This document shows positions 1 through 12,684 of a stretch of DNA of 64,000 bases, one piece after another. A model generated the notes under the pieces. The model was not told the DNA's origin, did not search any database, and saw only the letters and a program-made list of their open reading frames with translations. A program made the position numbers and the translations under genes. How positions within the stretch are numbered: the stretch's first letter is position 1; every line of letters starts with the position of its first letter. Origin of the DNA: Octopus vulgaris (Eukaryota); contig OX597835.1 in NCBI GenBank assembly GCA_951406725.2, forward strand, positions 43,400,001 through 43,464,000, read 5' to 3'.

Positions 1-113
1 AAATCCTCTCAAAAGGTTTTGGTCAGCCTGAGGCTATATAGTAGAAGACACTTGCCCAAGGTGCCATGTGGTTGGTAAGCAAGCTACTTACCACACAGCC
101 ACTCCTGTGCCTA
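1..113 (-). mobile_element. SINE family A, 5' head fragment (tRNA-derived, CORE-like)
   Basis: Reverse complement of the GGAGTGGCTGTGTGGTAAGTAGCTTGC...CACCTTGGGCAAGTGTCTTCTAC head seen in full copies (16447, 50468); cut by window edge. Confidence 0.8.
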
Positions 114-136
114 TATACATATATGTATAAATATAT

Positions 137-171
<35 letters not shown>

Positions 172-595
172 GTGTATAAATATATATTATATAACTACAT
201 ATTTATAGACATATGCGTATTAATATACATACATACCTATATGGGTATTTATATACATATACATGTGTATGCATACATGCACATATACACATATACATGC
301 ATGCAAGCATATATATACATACATGTATACACACATGCATATATACATAAATGAGATCACTCTAAGCTAAGTCCTCCCTGCAATTGTTTTTCTTGGAGCA
401 TGGCATAAGTGGTACCTTTTCATTGCAGAAGGCTAAACTGAATCTATTCCAGGCTAATTAGGAACATCGTTAATTGCACCATAATCTTTCCAAAACTGTC
501 AGAACCTTCGTGCAGCAATTCAACACTCTATAATTATCTCTCTTTATTACAGCTCATTCGCCCTTCTAGCAGATTATCTACAATACGGCTATGTA

Positions 596-1161
596 TTGGG
601 TTGTCCAGAAAATTTTTGCTGATTTATAGTAGCTTACCTTTCGACTTATTTTAAAACATGGTTGAGTCCATAAAATAGGATTTGACTACACTTCCATTTA
701 GAGCACAGTTTAAGCTATCTTTTCGTGGAAGAAGGTTTATGTTCCTATAACCTGTGTTAATTCTGTAACCCTTTAAAATGGAAGATAAGAAAGTTCTTTT
801 TCGGCACTTGATGCTATGGGAACCAGACAAAAATTGCTGCAGCTCAGCTGGGATGTGTTACCCCGCTCTCCATATTCACCAGATATTGCTCCTTCAGATT
901 TCCACTTATTCAGGTCTCTGCAGAATAGTCTTAATGGTAAAAATTTCAATTCTTTGGATGACATAAAAAGATACCGTGATGAATTCTTTGACAAGAAACC
1001 ATCTCAGTTCTGGGAAGAGGGTATTTTCAAGTTAAAGGAAAGATGGAGATGCATTGTGTGACAAAATGGTTCATATTTGGTTGATTAAAAATGTAATGGC
1101 AAATATTTATTGACCGTTTCCTTTCCTTTAAAAATCGGCACAAACTTTCCAGACAACCCAA
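596..1161 (+). mobile_element. Internally deleted mariner transposon (mellifera-like)
   Basis: TA-flanked TIRs TTGGGTTGTCCAGAAA.../...TTTCCAGACAACCCAA; N-terminus MEDKKVLFRHLML (778) fused to C-terminus with YSPDIAPSDFHLF motif (816-1061). Confidence 0.92.
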
Positions 1162-1229
1162 TATTATGTACCATTTTATGTCTGTTTCTCATGTTGGCAT
1201 GTGTTGGACAGGTCAGCAGAATTTGAATT

Positions 1230-2059
1230 AGTTCTTATTCAGAGTCGCTGCTCTTCAAGATGTGATATTGCCATGCATTGCTTCAACATTTCATCCTGGC
1301 ATGGTTATATCAGTGGACACCCCACTTCCTAATGCCAACCATTTTACAGACTGCACTCAACCAATTTTACCATGGTGCCAGCACTAGAGATATCATCATG
1401 GTTTTAACAAAATTAAGGAATCTTCTTAAACTCTACAATCATCTTGTTTGTATACCATATTTTTTTGTTCTGGGTTTGGAAGAAATGGAAGTGCTCATGG
1501 CTTTCATAGGGATCTCTGTCTCCCATGCAGATTGGTGAGATTGATGCTGTTAAAGTTCCTTTGTAAGTCAACAAGTAGAGGGGGAAGGATATGAACAGGA
1601 AGGGAATTCCAGACAGAAAGTGGGGATCCTTACTACCTTCCATAGTCTTTGTTTGTTCAGCACAGTATGTATTTCTTTACTACCCACAAGGGGCTAAACA
1701 CAGAGGGGACAAACAAGGACAGACAAACAGATTAAGTCGATTACATCGACTCCCGTGTGCGTAACTGGTACTTAATTTATCGACCCCAAAAGGATGAAAG
1801 GCAAAATCGACCTTGGCGGAATTTGAACTCAGAACATAATGGCAGACGAAATACGGCTATGCATTTCACCCGGCGTGCTAACATTTCTGCCAGCTCGCCG
1901 CTCTCTAGTGCTGGCACCATGATAAAATTGGTTGAGTGCAGTCTGTAAAATGGTTGGGATTAGGAAGGGTGTCCACTGATATAACCATTCCAGGATGAAA
2001 TGTTGAAGCAATGCATGGCAATATCACATCTTGAAGAGCAATGACTCTGAATAAGAACT
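1230..2059. repeat. ~160-bp inverted duplication (1230-1390 / 1902-2059)
   Basis: Arms are near-exact reverse complements; the ORF track gives matching peptides MLQHFILAWLYQWTP (+) and MLQHFILEWLYQWTP (-). Confidence 0.9.
1670..1901 (-). mobile_element. SINE family B, full copy
   Basis: Reverse complement of GCGGCGAGCTGGCAGAA...GAGTTCAAATTCC...GCCTTTCATCCTTT.GGGGTCGATAAATTAAGTACCAG...GCCCCTTGTGGGTAGTAAAGAAATA; A-box and B-box-like motifs. Confidence 0.88.
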
Positions 2060-2955
2060 GTTCAGCACAGTTCAACTGTATGATCAACTAAGTGAATGAA
2101 GAGAGAACAAAGGCAGAAGATGAATGAGAGAAAGTATGAGAGGAAAACGGAATGGTAAAGAAAAGAGATGAGAAAGACTCAGTGATGTAGATAGAGTGTG
2201 TGCCACTTGGAGCGACCCTTGAGTTTGTGGCTCAGGTGCATGGGTCTCTAAGCCTATACAGGCTTGTTATACAGCAAACCCCAAAATGCTGCCCCATAAA
2301 AAGTGTCACCCAGAACAGACTGCCTCAGTTTCCCCAGTAACGCTGTTGGAAAGACAGAACTAGAAGAGCAATGAAGATAAAGAGTAAAGGTACGAAATAA
2401 CAGTATTGAGTAATGGAAGAGATACACTGATGGCAACAGCATGTGTGCAGGTTAAAAAGAGAGTGGTGCTGGATACTCATTGAAATGGTCAATGGTAAGA
2501 GAGTATAAGTAGTGGGTTAGATGGGGGTGAGTAACTGGTTGGTAGCATTATAAACAGGAGTGGTAGTGTGAGCTGATAAGAACACCAAATGATAAAATAT
2601 TTGGTTGAACTTTCAACTTTAAAATTTTTAGATATATTTATTAGTGGTAAAATTCCTGTATAATTTAATTCTAATCTTCTTTATGTTGTTAATCAATGAG
2701 AAAATGATAGTGATATAATTATGTCTAGAATTATTATAATAACGAACAAAAAAATTAATAGGAAAAAGACTTATTGTCCATAAAGAGTTGTACAATCATC
2801 CATTGTAAAATTAGCAGCTTTATTACATAACAATCATTGTTTTATATTAATTAGAGGGATAATTGAGTCCATTCATGAAATAAACGAAAAATTAGGATAA
2901 GAAAAACAATGAAAGAAGATAAATAAAAGTTGGAAAAAAATAGATTATTAACACA

Positions 2956-3139
2956 TTAACCATTTACCATTCAGATTATGCAGTCCAATGTAATCCTTAT
3001 TTATTCAGACTGCTTTGAATAAATCATTGCATTAGAATAGCAGTGTAGGGTAGGTGTGAGAGGCTGGATCCTGTCAGTTTGGACATAAAACAGTGGAATA
3101 TTCTGGCTGGATAAGGCTGGTTAAATGCTAAATGATTAA
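2956..3139. mobile_element. piggyBac-like MITE (TTAA-bounded), single decayed copy
   Basis: Ends TTAACCATTTACCATT...AATGCTAAATGATTAA, homologous to the units at 4328-5660. Confidence 0.6.
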
Positions 3140-3178
3140 ACAAGCAATCAGTTAATATTTAACCAACTGACTACTAAC

Positions 3179-3272
3179 AGAGATGTGGAATTGAACCTGT
3201 GTATATTACTGGTATAATGGCTTTTCCAAGAAACAACCAAGTCGTAGGTAATTTCATTACCAAAAATGACAA
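3179..3272 (-). CDS. Candidate internal coding exon of a host gene (product unknown)
   Basis: Minus strand: polypyrimidine acceptor TTTCACATTTTCTTTTATTAG, 94-nt open exon (phase-1 reading VIFGNEITYDLVVSWKSHYTSNIHRFNSTS), donor GTTAGT; non-repetitive island between repeats. Confidence 0.4.
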
Positions 3273-3306
3273 CTAATAAAAGAAAATGTGAAATAGATAT
3301 GATGAT

Positions 3307-3702
3307 GGCATAGGAGTGGCTGTGTGGTAAGTAGCTTGCTTACGAACCACATGGTTTCGGGTTCAGTCCCACTGTGTGGGACCTTGGGCAAGTGTCTTCT
3401 ACTATAGCCACGGGTTGACCAAATCCTTGTGAGTGGATTTGGTAGACGGAGACTGAAAGAAGCCCGTCGTATATATGTGTGTGTGTGTGTGTGTGCATAT
3501 GTTTGTGTGTCTGTGCCCCCCCCCCCCCCAACATCGCTTGACAACCGATGCTGGTGTGTTTATGTCCCTGTAACTTAGCAGTTCGGCAAAAGAGACTGAC
3601 AGAATAAGTACTAGGCTTACAAAGAACAAGTCCTAGAGTTGATTTGTTCGGCTAAAGGCGGTGCTCCAGTATGGCCACAGTCAAATGACTGAAATAAGTG
3701 AG
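3307..3702 (+). mobile_element. SINE family A, full copy
   Basis: tRNA-like head (A box TGGCTGTGTGG, B box GGTTCAGTCCC), CCTTGGGCAAGT core, central (TA)/(TG) tract, tail GGCGGTGCTCCAGTATGGCCACAGTCAAATGACTGAAA. Confidence 0.88.
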
Positions 3703-4327
3703 TATGGATGGATGACTGGAAGAGAGTGATGATGGCCTGTTAATAAAAGAGTGATCTGAAGGAGAGGAAGTGATGGTGGGCACCAAAGGAGGGCCATCGG
3801 CTGGCAAGGTCCAATGCAGAAGATTATTGGTCAGGCATTGTGATGGGCAGAAATCACTAGCAACAAGTAGTTACATATTTCATAGTTACTAGTGAGAGAG
3901 AACAAGTGATGGGTAGTTATAGAAATGGTCAGAGATACTGGTATGATAGGTGACATGGTACAGAAAATTAGAAAAGAGGTTGAGAGACAAAAGGGGTATC
4001 AAGTAAACAAGAGGTGGTGGTGTAGGAGAAGATGGCAGATGGAGACCTCAGCAGGAACAAACCAGATGAATTGTGAATATTACACCTTAACCATGAACCT
4101 TTACAAATGAAAGTGTGTGTGTGGGGGAGGTTGATAAGGAGATGATCAACAGGAATGTGGAGGAGCAGTGAGAGAGAGAAAATGGGTGAAATACTAATTT
4201 ATTTGACTGTGGCCATGCTGGAGCACCGCCTTTAGTATTGGATTCCATCAAATTTAATGCAACTTACATTATTGAAGTATTATGACAGGAGGGAGACAGA
4301 CAGACAGACTGATGGACAGCTACATGT

Positions 4328-5660
4328 TTAACTGTTTAGCATTCAGCTTACTCTGTGTTATGTTTGTTTACTCAGATTGTTTTGAATTAATCCTGCATCA
4401 CCTTGCAGCTTTGAGGTTTCAGTGGTTACCATTGTTTAGTTTTGTATGACAGCCAAGGGTTTTAGATATGAGGGGCTGAATTTGGCTGGTTTGAACATAA
4501 ACCAAGTAGAATATATATTTCTTTATTGCCCACAAGGGGCGAAACATAAAGGGGACAAACAAGGACAGACAAAGGGATTCAGTCGATTAATTCGACCCCA
4601 GTGCATAACTGGTACTTAATTTATCAACCCCAAAAGGATGAAAGGCAAAGTCGACCTCGGCGGAATTTGAACTCAGAACGTAACGGCTACGTATTTCGCC
4701 CGGTGAGCTAACGTTTCTGCCAGCTCGCCGCCTTCAAAACAAGTAGAATCTATATTTCTTTATTGCCCACAAGGGGCTAAACATAGAGGGGACAAACAAG
4801 GCCAGACAAAGGGATTCAGTTGATTAATGCAACCCCAGTGCATAACTGGTACTTAATTTATCAACCCCGAAAGGATCAAAGACAAAGTCAACCTCGCCGG
4901 AATTTGAACTCAAAACGTAACGGCAGATGAAATACGGCTACGTATTTCGCCCGGTGTGCTAACGTTTCTGCCAGCTCGCCACCTTCAAAACAAGTAGAAT
5001 ATATCTGGGCTGGACATGACTGGTTTAACCCTTGTGCATTCAGATCACTCTGTCAAATGTGATGCATATTTATTTAATTTTCAATTAATTATGCACTATC
5101 TTATAGCTTTAAGATTTTGATGATGGTTTATTTTTAGATTGACATTGTAGGTACGCGTGAGAGACCAGATCTGACCAGTTTTCAACATAAAACAGGTGGA
5201 ATATCTGGGCTGGATCTGGCTGGCTTGACCTTTTAGCATTCAGATTATTCTGTCAAATGTAATGCTTGTTTATTCCCATTGTCTTCAATTAATCCTTCAT
5301 AATCTCGTAGCTTTGAGATTTCGATGATGTGATTGTTTTACTCTTTGAATGACACTGTAGAGAAGGTTTGAGAGGCCGGATCTGGCCAGTTTGACCACAA
5401 AACAAAGAGAACATTTGGGTTGGATAAAGCTGGCTTAACCCTTTAGCATTCGGATTACTCGGTCAAATATAATGCGTATTTATTCACATTGTTTTGAATT
5501 AATCCTACATTATCTTGTAGCTTTGAGATTTCAATCTTGTGATTATTTATTTATAGAATGACATTGTAGGATAGGTGTAAGAGGTCAGAACTGGCTAGTT
5601 TGAGCATAAAACAGGTTGAATATTTGGGCCGGATATGGCCAGTTTAAATGCTGAAGTTTT
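4328..5660. repeat. Tandem array of four ~200-bp piggyBac-like MITE units
   Basis: Units start TTAA(C)CCTTTAGCATTCAGATTACTC-like at ~4328, 5025, 5225 and 5435; only the last ends with a right-TIR-like TTTAAATGCTGAAG. Confidence 0.7.
4515..4984 (-). mobile_element. Two tandem SINE B copies separated and flanked by a triplicated TSD
   Basis: AAACAAGTAGAATATAT-like repeat at ~4499, ~4737 and ~4988 brackets two SINE B copies. Confidence 0.85.
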
Positions 5661-5814
5661 AGTATGTTTGCTGGTGAATGAGAGAGAGAGTGAAAGAGAG
5701 GATGTAATTGATGCCAATAAAGTATGAAGAGGAGAAGATGAAGAGGAGGTTACCAGCATAGAAGGGTAATGTTAGCTGTGCCGCAGGGGTGGATTTATAT
5801 ATATATAACCTTGC

Positions 5815-6360
5815 TTGGAAACAAGGTGTGGCTGGGAACAAGAACAGCATGAAGCTGTAGAAAATCTGCCCCAACAATTTCTGTCTGACCCATGAAAGCA
5901 TGGAAAAATTGATGTTACGATGATGATGATGATGGTATAACATTCATTCAATCATCAGTTTGACATCCACTTTTTCTATGCGAGTGTGAGTTAAGACAAG
6001 ATTTATTATGGTAATATCTCAATGGCTGGATGCCCTTCCTGTTGCCAACCCTCGTTTCCAACTAAGATGCTACTTCCACTAAGTCTTTCAAACCCAATAT
6101 TAATGGCTAGACACGTTTTTGAAGCAGATGTATACAACAAGGACACCAGGGACGGATTTTATACAGCGAATAAACAATATCAATGAAAAGATACACACAC
6201 ACACACACCCTATTTGAACATCGACATTTCCATATTTGTACAGGTCAGACAGGGCTTAACAGAGGCAGATTTTTCTACAACTGGATGTCTCTTCTTGACA
6301 TCAAACAGTACCAGTTTCCAAGTAAAGTAACATCTCCCCACGGTCAGACATGTTCTCGCA
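5815..6360. mobile_element. Decayed short-retroposon fragments ((CAT)n tail, GGATGCCCTTCCT..GCCAACC motif)
   Basis: Related segments in opposite orientations, similar to 1170-1390 and 7590-7712. Confidence 0.45.
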
Positions 6361-6409
6361 GAATATTGGAACTGAAGCAGATTGGACTACTTGTAACACA
6401 ATCCTTTCT

Positions 6410-6799
6410 ACTATAGGCACAAGGCCTGAAATTTTCAGGGAGGGGTTAAGTTAATTACTTCGAACCCAATACTCAACTGATACTTAATTTATCGACCCCA
6501 AAAGGATGAATGGCAAAGTTGACCATGGCAGAATTTGAACTCAGAACATAGCGATGGGTGAAATACCTATTTCTTTACTACCCACAAGGGGCTAAACACA
6601 GAGAGGACAAACAAGAACAGACATAGGTATTAAGTCGATTACATCGACCCCATGCATAACTGGTACTTAATTTATCGACCCGGAAAGGATGAAAGGCAAA
6701 GTCAACCTCGGCGGAATTTGAACTCAGAACGTAACGACAGACGAAATACGGCTACGCATTTCGTCCGGCGTGCTAACGACTCTGCCAGCTCACTGCCTT
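6410..6799 (-). mobile_element. SINE B full copy fused to a headless SINE B copy with an alternative tail
   Basis: Full copy 6568-6799; junction AAAGAAATA|GGTATTTC at ~6567; second unit ends ...GGCCTTGTGCCTATAGTAGAAAGG. Confidence 0.8.
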
Positions 6800-7774
6800 C
6801 TACTTGCAAGACTAATGAGAATTATCTACAACTGTCATGCTACGACAAGACAAGGAGATACACACACACATAAACACACTCACTCACACATATGTTACGT
6901 TTCTTTCAGTTTCTGTTTATCAAACCTATTCACAATGCTTTGGTGAATCCAGGGCCATAGAAGACATATATCCAACATTCCATGAAGTAGGACTGAACCC
7001 CAAACTATGTGGTTGGGAAGCAAACGTTTTATGTATTACATACTTCTATTAGGTTTCTGTTAACCAGTTCCATTCACAAGGAATTGGTCAGCCAAAAACT
7101 GAAGCAGACGGCACTCAACTATATCTTTTACTCTTTTACTTGTTTCAGTCATTTGACTGTGGTCATGCTGGAGCACCGCCTTTAGTCGAGCAATTCGACC
7201 TCAGGACTTATTCTTTGTAAGCCCAGTACTTATTCTATCGGTCTCTTTTGCCGAACCGCTAAGTTACAGGGGACGTAAACACACCAGCACCAGTTGTCAA
7301 TAAACCTAAAACTACAAGGTTGAAAGTGAACGTGTTGACCACAAGGCCAAATATATAGTGGGGGTTATTATTGCTGCACCCAGTTAAATGTCGTGGTTGC
7401 ATACATAATGAGGGAGAAGTGTGCAGCAATGTACACCAAAAGAACTGTGAGAGCTTCACTGCTGCTTGGAATGTTAGAGGAAATCACAGAGATAGAAAAT
7501 GCTGAAATCCTGATGACCTCTAGCCAACGACTGAGGAAGAGAGTGTCTGAGAGTGTAAGTTGTATGTACTTATATATACATACACTTACACTTAGTAACA
7601 TGGTTGGTGTTAGGAGGGACATCCAGCTGCAGAAATCATGCCAAAAGAGATGGTGGAGCTAGTATCCAAACCATAGCAGTATGGAAAATGGATGTGAAAT
7701 AATGATGATGAGATATACATCTTCTGTTGAAGAGTGTAGACTCAAAACATCAGTGACAAACTAATCACCTCTAT

Positions 7775-8110
7775 TTTTTTACTTGTTTCAGTCATTTGAC
7801 ACCACCTTTAGTCAAGCAAATCGGTCTCTTTTGCCGAACTGCTAAGTGACGGGGACGTAAACACACCAGCATCGGTTGTCAAGCAATGCTAGGGGGACAA
7901 ACACAGACACACACGCATACATATATATATATATATATACATATATACGACAGGCTTCTTTCAGTTTCCATCTACCAAATCCACTCACAAGGCATTGGTC
8001 AGCCTGAGGCTATAGTAGAAGACACTTGCCCAAGATGCCATGCAGTGGGATTGAACCCAGAACCATGTGGTTGGTAAGCAAGCTACTTACCACACAGCCA
8101 CTCCTGCGCC
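7775..8110 (-). mobile_element. SINE family A copy (3' half also at 7125-7300)
   Basis: Matches family A; CpG-decayed. Confidence 0.85.
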
Positions 8111-8877
8111 AATGCCTGTTAATTGTTTCCTCACCTGTCTCGGTCTTTTGTTTTCTATACATTTAAACCATTATTTTATAATTGCTTACAGGGTTGTTAA
8201 ATGGCTCAGCCTGTACACTGGTCCAAGAACTGCATAATCAAAGAGGAGTGTTATGAATATCTGACAAGCTCTCCCTCCAAGCCCACCCACCACCAATCTC
8301 AAAACTCCTCATTTCAAAAGAACATTCTCTTAGGTTTGAAAGCATTTTTATTTCAACTTGCAATATTTCTTCCAAAGGTTGTGTGTGTGTGTGTAAAAAA
8401 AACTGACATTTTTGTTTCTTCCCAAACATCAGGTCTTGACCTCAGGTTTTGTGTGTGGCACCTCAGGTCAGTGTCTTCTACTATAGTCCTTGGCTGATCA
8501 AAGTGGACTCGGTAGGCAGAGACTGAAAGAAGCCCGTCACACAAGTGTGCGTGTGTGTGTGTGCAATATAGCTATCTGTAGTCTAATGCAATAAGGTGTT
8601 CCCTGATAATCCGTTGAGGTTAAGCATCTAAATACACTTGAAACATCCAATGTGGGACCCTAAACAAACAGAGATAAACTTGTGTTTATCTGTTTTCTCT
8701 TCAGTTGCTCTGTTGTTCGGAACTAATGGTAATCCTGCTCAATATATGTTACTTAATTGTTTCAGAAACAGAGTGGATGATGATAATTTACATGTAGCTC
8801 TAAGCATACAGTAGCAGTTGTACATCTACTTGTACACACAATTTATATATTATATATATATATATATATATATCCAG

Positions 8878-9229
8878 CATTTGACTGTGGTCATGCTGGG
8901 CACGTAAAAATCACCCCAGGACTTATTCTTTGTAAGCCTAGTACTTATTCTATCGGTCTCTTTTGCCGAACTGCTAAGTTACAGGGATGTAAACACACCA
9001 GCATCGGTTGTCAAGCGATGTTGGGAAGACAAATGCAAACACACAAACACACACATACATCTATATATATGACGGGCTTCTTTCAGTTTCCGTCTACCAA
9101 ATCCACTCACAAGGCTTTGGTCAGCCCGAGGCTATAGTAGAAAACACTTGCCCAAGGTTCCACGCAGTGGGACTGAACCCGGGACCATGTGGTTAGTAAG
9201 CAAACTACTTACCACACAGCCACTCCTAC

Positions 9230-9232
<3 letters not shown>
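8878..9232 (-). mobile_element. SINE family A copy
   Basis: Matches family A head, central microsatellite and tail. Confidence 0.85.
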
Positions 9233-9269
<37 letters not shown>

Positions 9270-9271
<2 letters not shown>

Positions 9272-9450
9272 TTTTTGTCTCGAGAGACAATGGAGTTGTG
9301 CATAAAATAATCTGGTCCGGCTTTTACATTTCATGTCCTAATACATCTTCTGCTGTGGCTGTGTAGTCCTATCCTGGACAAACTCTCCCTCTGGCAGGTG
9401 CCGCAAATGTAGCCAAGACTTTGCCTGGCTGGTTGTAATGTCATAGTTTC
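9270..9450 (-). mobile_element. RTE-clade LINE 3' end
   Basis: Minus strand reads YICGTCQRESLSRIGLHSHSRRC, the C-terminal C2H2-like motif of RTE/BovB ORFs. Confidence 0.7.
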
Positions 9451-9519
9451 TTGTTAATATACACACACACACAAACACACACACAAACACACACAAACAC
9501 ACACACACACACACACACA

Positions 9520-10646
9520 CAGAGGGTCTTGCAGATAAATTGTGACCAATTTTAAGCAGTTGACTTCTTGGATTTAACATTTCTTTTTTGACAGAACCTT
9601 GCTTGCGTGAAAATCTAATCCTCTTCTTTATTTTCCAGGTAAATTGTGAACTGATTCGACAACCTGAAAGTCATAGAACAACAGAATCATTCCGCCATTG
9701 TTGTTTTGGCATGTGCTGGGCACACTGCCAATAAAATTGATAAGTTGACAAAACTTCCAAAACCAAGAATTTATTGTATGTATGAACAATTTAAAGAAGA
9801 GGGAAAAATTGATAGAAAATAACACAAAACTCAAAGTGATTCGAAGCACAATCCAAAGTTTCTCACTGGCCTCAAATGCTCGACTGAAGCCAAGCTATCC
9901 ACATTCATCACAAGACTTGCAAAGAAACACAATGTATCCCTTTCCACGGTATCCAGAGCTGTGAACAGGAACCTTGGCATGACTAGCTATGTTTGACAAC
10001 ACCATCACTTCCTAACAGCCAAGGCCAAAGCAATCAGAGCCGAGAGACACCTAAAGCTTCTGTCATTCATCAAGTATCAAGATGCAGGAAAAACTCTCAC
10101 CTTTGGGGACAAGAATTTCACTGTGGATGCTGAGGTGAATTGCAGAAATTCTTGAGTGCTTGCATTCAACCCTTCTGATGTCCCCACTGTGTTTGAGATT
10201 AAAAATCCTGCCTGTGATGGTTTGATAATGTGGTGCCTATCTAGGATTCTGCATCCTGCCATAGGTCAAAAGCAACACAAGCCTTCCAAGGGTCAACATT
10301 TGGCCCAGTAATAGCCCAGATCTCAGCCTTCTTGATTACTTTTTATGGGGAGTACCTCAAGCAAGGACCAATGCTTCACCACTCCCAAGTGTCAACAGCT
10401 TCAAGACCTGCATCATGCATGTGGCATGATGTGGGTTAAAAAGGCAGAGGTTGCAGCAACTGCAAAAAAATTTTGTTCTCATGTGGAGGCAGGAATTGCC
10501 CAAAAGGGCAGCCATGTTGAGTCATAAATGCTTTTTGTCACAATAAATTATATTTATTAAAATTATATCTGTCTACTACCATTATTTTAGTATTCATAAC
10601 CTAGTTTGTGCATTGTAAAAAAATTTCTTGGTTTAGCTGCAAGATC

Positions 10647-10651
<5 letters not shown>
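9520..10651 (+). mobile_element. Decayed DD37D (maT)-type Tc1/mariner transposon
   Basis: TIRs CAGAGGGTCTTGCAGATAAA / TTTAGCTGCAAGATCCTCTG; remnants ...KNFTVDAEVNCRNS... and WPSNSPDLSLLDYFLWG with stops and frameshifts. Confidence 0.82.
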
Positions 10652-10689
<38 letters not shown>

Positions 10690-10691
<2 letters not shown>

Positions 10692-11312
10692 CTCTTTTAC
10701 CTGTTTCAGCCACTTGACTGTGGCCATGCTGGAGCACCGCCTTTAGTTGAGCAAATCGACCCCAGGACTTATTCTTTGTAAGCCTAGTACTTATTCTATT
10801 GGGCTCTTTTGCCGAACCGCTAAGTTACAGTGACGTAAACACACCACCATCGGTTGTCAAGTGATGTTGGGGATCAAACACAGACACACAAACATACACA
10901 TACACACACACATGCATATATATATATATATATACAGCAACAATTTAGATTCAAATGAATATGGTACTTAATTTAGATGCACCAGAATTTTGTATGGTGT
11001 TACCCATAAAAATTTGTGGGGTGATTATTATCAAAAATAAGCAACAAGAATGACTCCGGTAATTTGGTAGAATTGTTTCGCACTACAACATTTTATTAAA
11101 AGTTGTAAGTATTGTACCAAATTACCGGAGTCATTCTTGTTGCTTATTTTTGATTATATATATATATACATATATACAATGGGCTTCTTTCAGTTTCCAT
11201 CTAACAAATCCACTCACAAGGTTTTGATCGGCCTGAGGCTATAGTAGAAGACATTTGCCCTTGAACCCGGGCCATGTGGTTCGTAAGTAAGCTACTTACC
11301 ACACAGCCACTC
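10690..11312 (-). mobile_element. SINE A copy interrupted in its central (TA)n by a foldback element
   Basis: Tail 10690-10920, head 11175-11312, foreign insert between. Confidence 0.8.
11030..11154. repeat. Perfect 40-bp inverted repeat (Penelope-like foldback) in (TA)n
   Basis: ATCAAAAATAAGCAACAAGAATGACTCCGGTAATTTGGTA (11030-11069) and its reverse complement (11115-11154). Confidence 0.85.
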
Positions 11313-11328
11313 TATATATGTATAGGTG

Positions 11329-12205
11329 TGGGGCAGAATTAGTAACCGAGGCAAAATGAGAAATTTCTGATTCCTTGCCATCGTCTCCCTACCCATTTGA
11401 AACCATTACATTGCAAACATTGCATCCTTATTTTGTATTGCTACATGTTTAACAGTAAATATTGGTCAGCATCATTGTTGAAGTTGAGGGAATCCAGATC
11501 ATAGGTGGCAGGTCCTGTTTTTCAAAGAAATTTTTTCCTCAACCTTGACCTGATTATAATTGAAGTTGCTAAAATACATCTGGATAATTTTTGCTGTTTA
11601 TCAATCAATATTCTTTTCTCCGTTGGATTCCAAGTCAATTTTTTCCCTACACTAATGTCTATTTTTACCACTTTCAAGTTTCAAAAAGTGTCTAAAATGG
11701 GGTAAAATGAGTAATGTCTAATCTCAATAATTTCTTCTCTTTAACTGAATATAGAAGGAATATATCATGAAGTGGTGACTCCAGCAGATTGTGAAAAAGC
11801 TGTAGATATTTTATGTTGAATTTTTTTTATTTATTTAGTCAAGTTTCGATAATTTCATGTCGTGCCATTTTCCCCAGAGTCTCTTTCGTTTGACCTAGAT
11901 ATTTAAAATTTCTCTTTGACTTTCTGATGTCTAGGATGGATATTGATGTGTTGGAATCTGTTTCCTGTAGAACTGAAGCGGCAAATTGACCTTACGTTCG
12001 CTTACGCATTTTGCCCCCGCCAAATTTGTCTTTTAAATGTTGAAAGAGAACGGCGATAATTTTCTGAAATAGTGACCAGGTTATGTTACAATGCTTTTAA
12101 TGCATTTAGAGAAGGCCATTTGCTTGGCTGATGTAGTTTTTGTAAGAAAATATACTTTGTCTCAATGTCAAAAAGGCAGTAAAAACACTTCATTTTGCCC
12201 CACCT
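11329..12205. mobile_element. Possible decayed DNA transposon remnant
   Basis: Inverted terminal motifs GTGGGGCAGAATT/GAGGCAAAATG and CATTTTGCCCCAC; no recognisable ORF. Confidence 0.35.
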
Positions 12206-12243
12206 CGTATTCTAACTCACTCTGAACCAACGAGTGTTTACGA

Positions 12244-12684
12244 CAGTGGTTTTCAACCAGGGTTCCGCCAGTACAGTCCAGGGGTTCTGCAAGAAGTTAC
12301 AAAACTGCTAAATTGGTAGATGCCGCAGATGTACCGATGATATTTTAATTCCTCACTACAATTATTTTGAATATTTACTAGGGTGAATTACACGCAGAAC
12401 ATCTCAAAGTGAATAAAAATGTTGACTTGGTAGATGAAGTTAACTATTAAGATATTTTAAGATAGTTTGTGGGGGTAAAAAGGTTGGCTAGTATTTACTA
12501 TAAAGCCGTTAAATTTTAATTTCTGTATTGTATTTTTGCCAAAGGCACTAAGTAGAATAATAATTTTTAATTCTCCTGTGCAGATATGTGTGCATAAGAC
12601 TATTAAATTATTGCACAGGGGTTCCTCGAGCCAGTGGAATGTTTCCTTGGGGTTCCGCTCCAGCAAAAAGTTTGAAAAGCACTG
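12244..12684. mobile_element. hAT (Charlie-like) MITE
   Basis: TIRs CAGTGGTTTTCAACC / GTTTGAAAAGCACTG; 8-bp TSD GTTTACGA/GTGTATGA with central TA. Confidence 0.8.

Noticed and set aside
8570-8660. Additional minus-strand exon after acceptor TTTATCTCTGTTTGTTTAG
   Set aside because: Open frame, but no convincing donor before it runs into a microsatellite and SINE.
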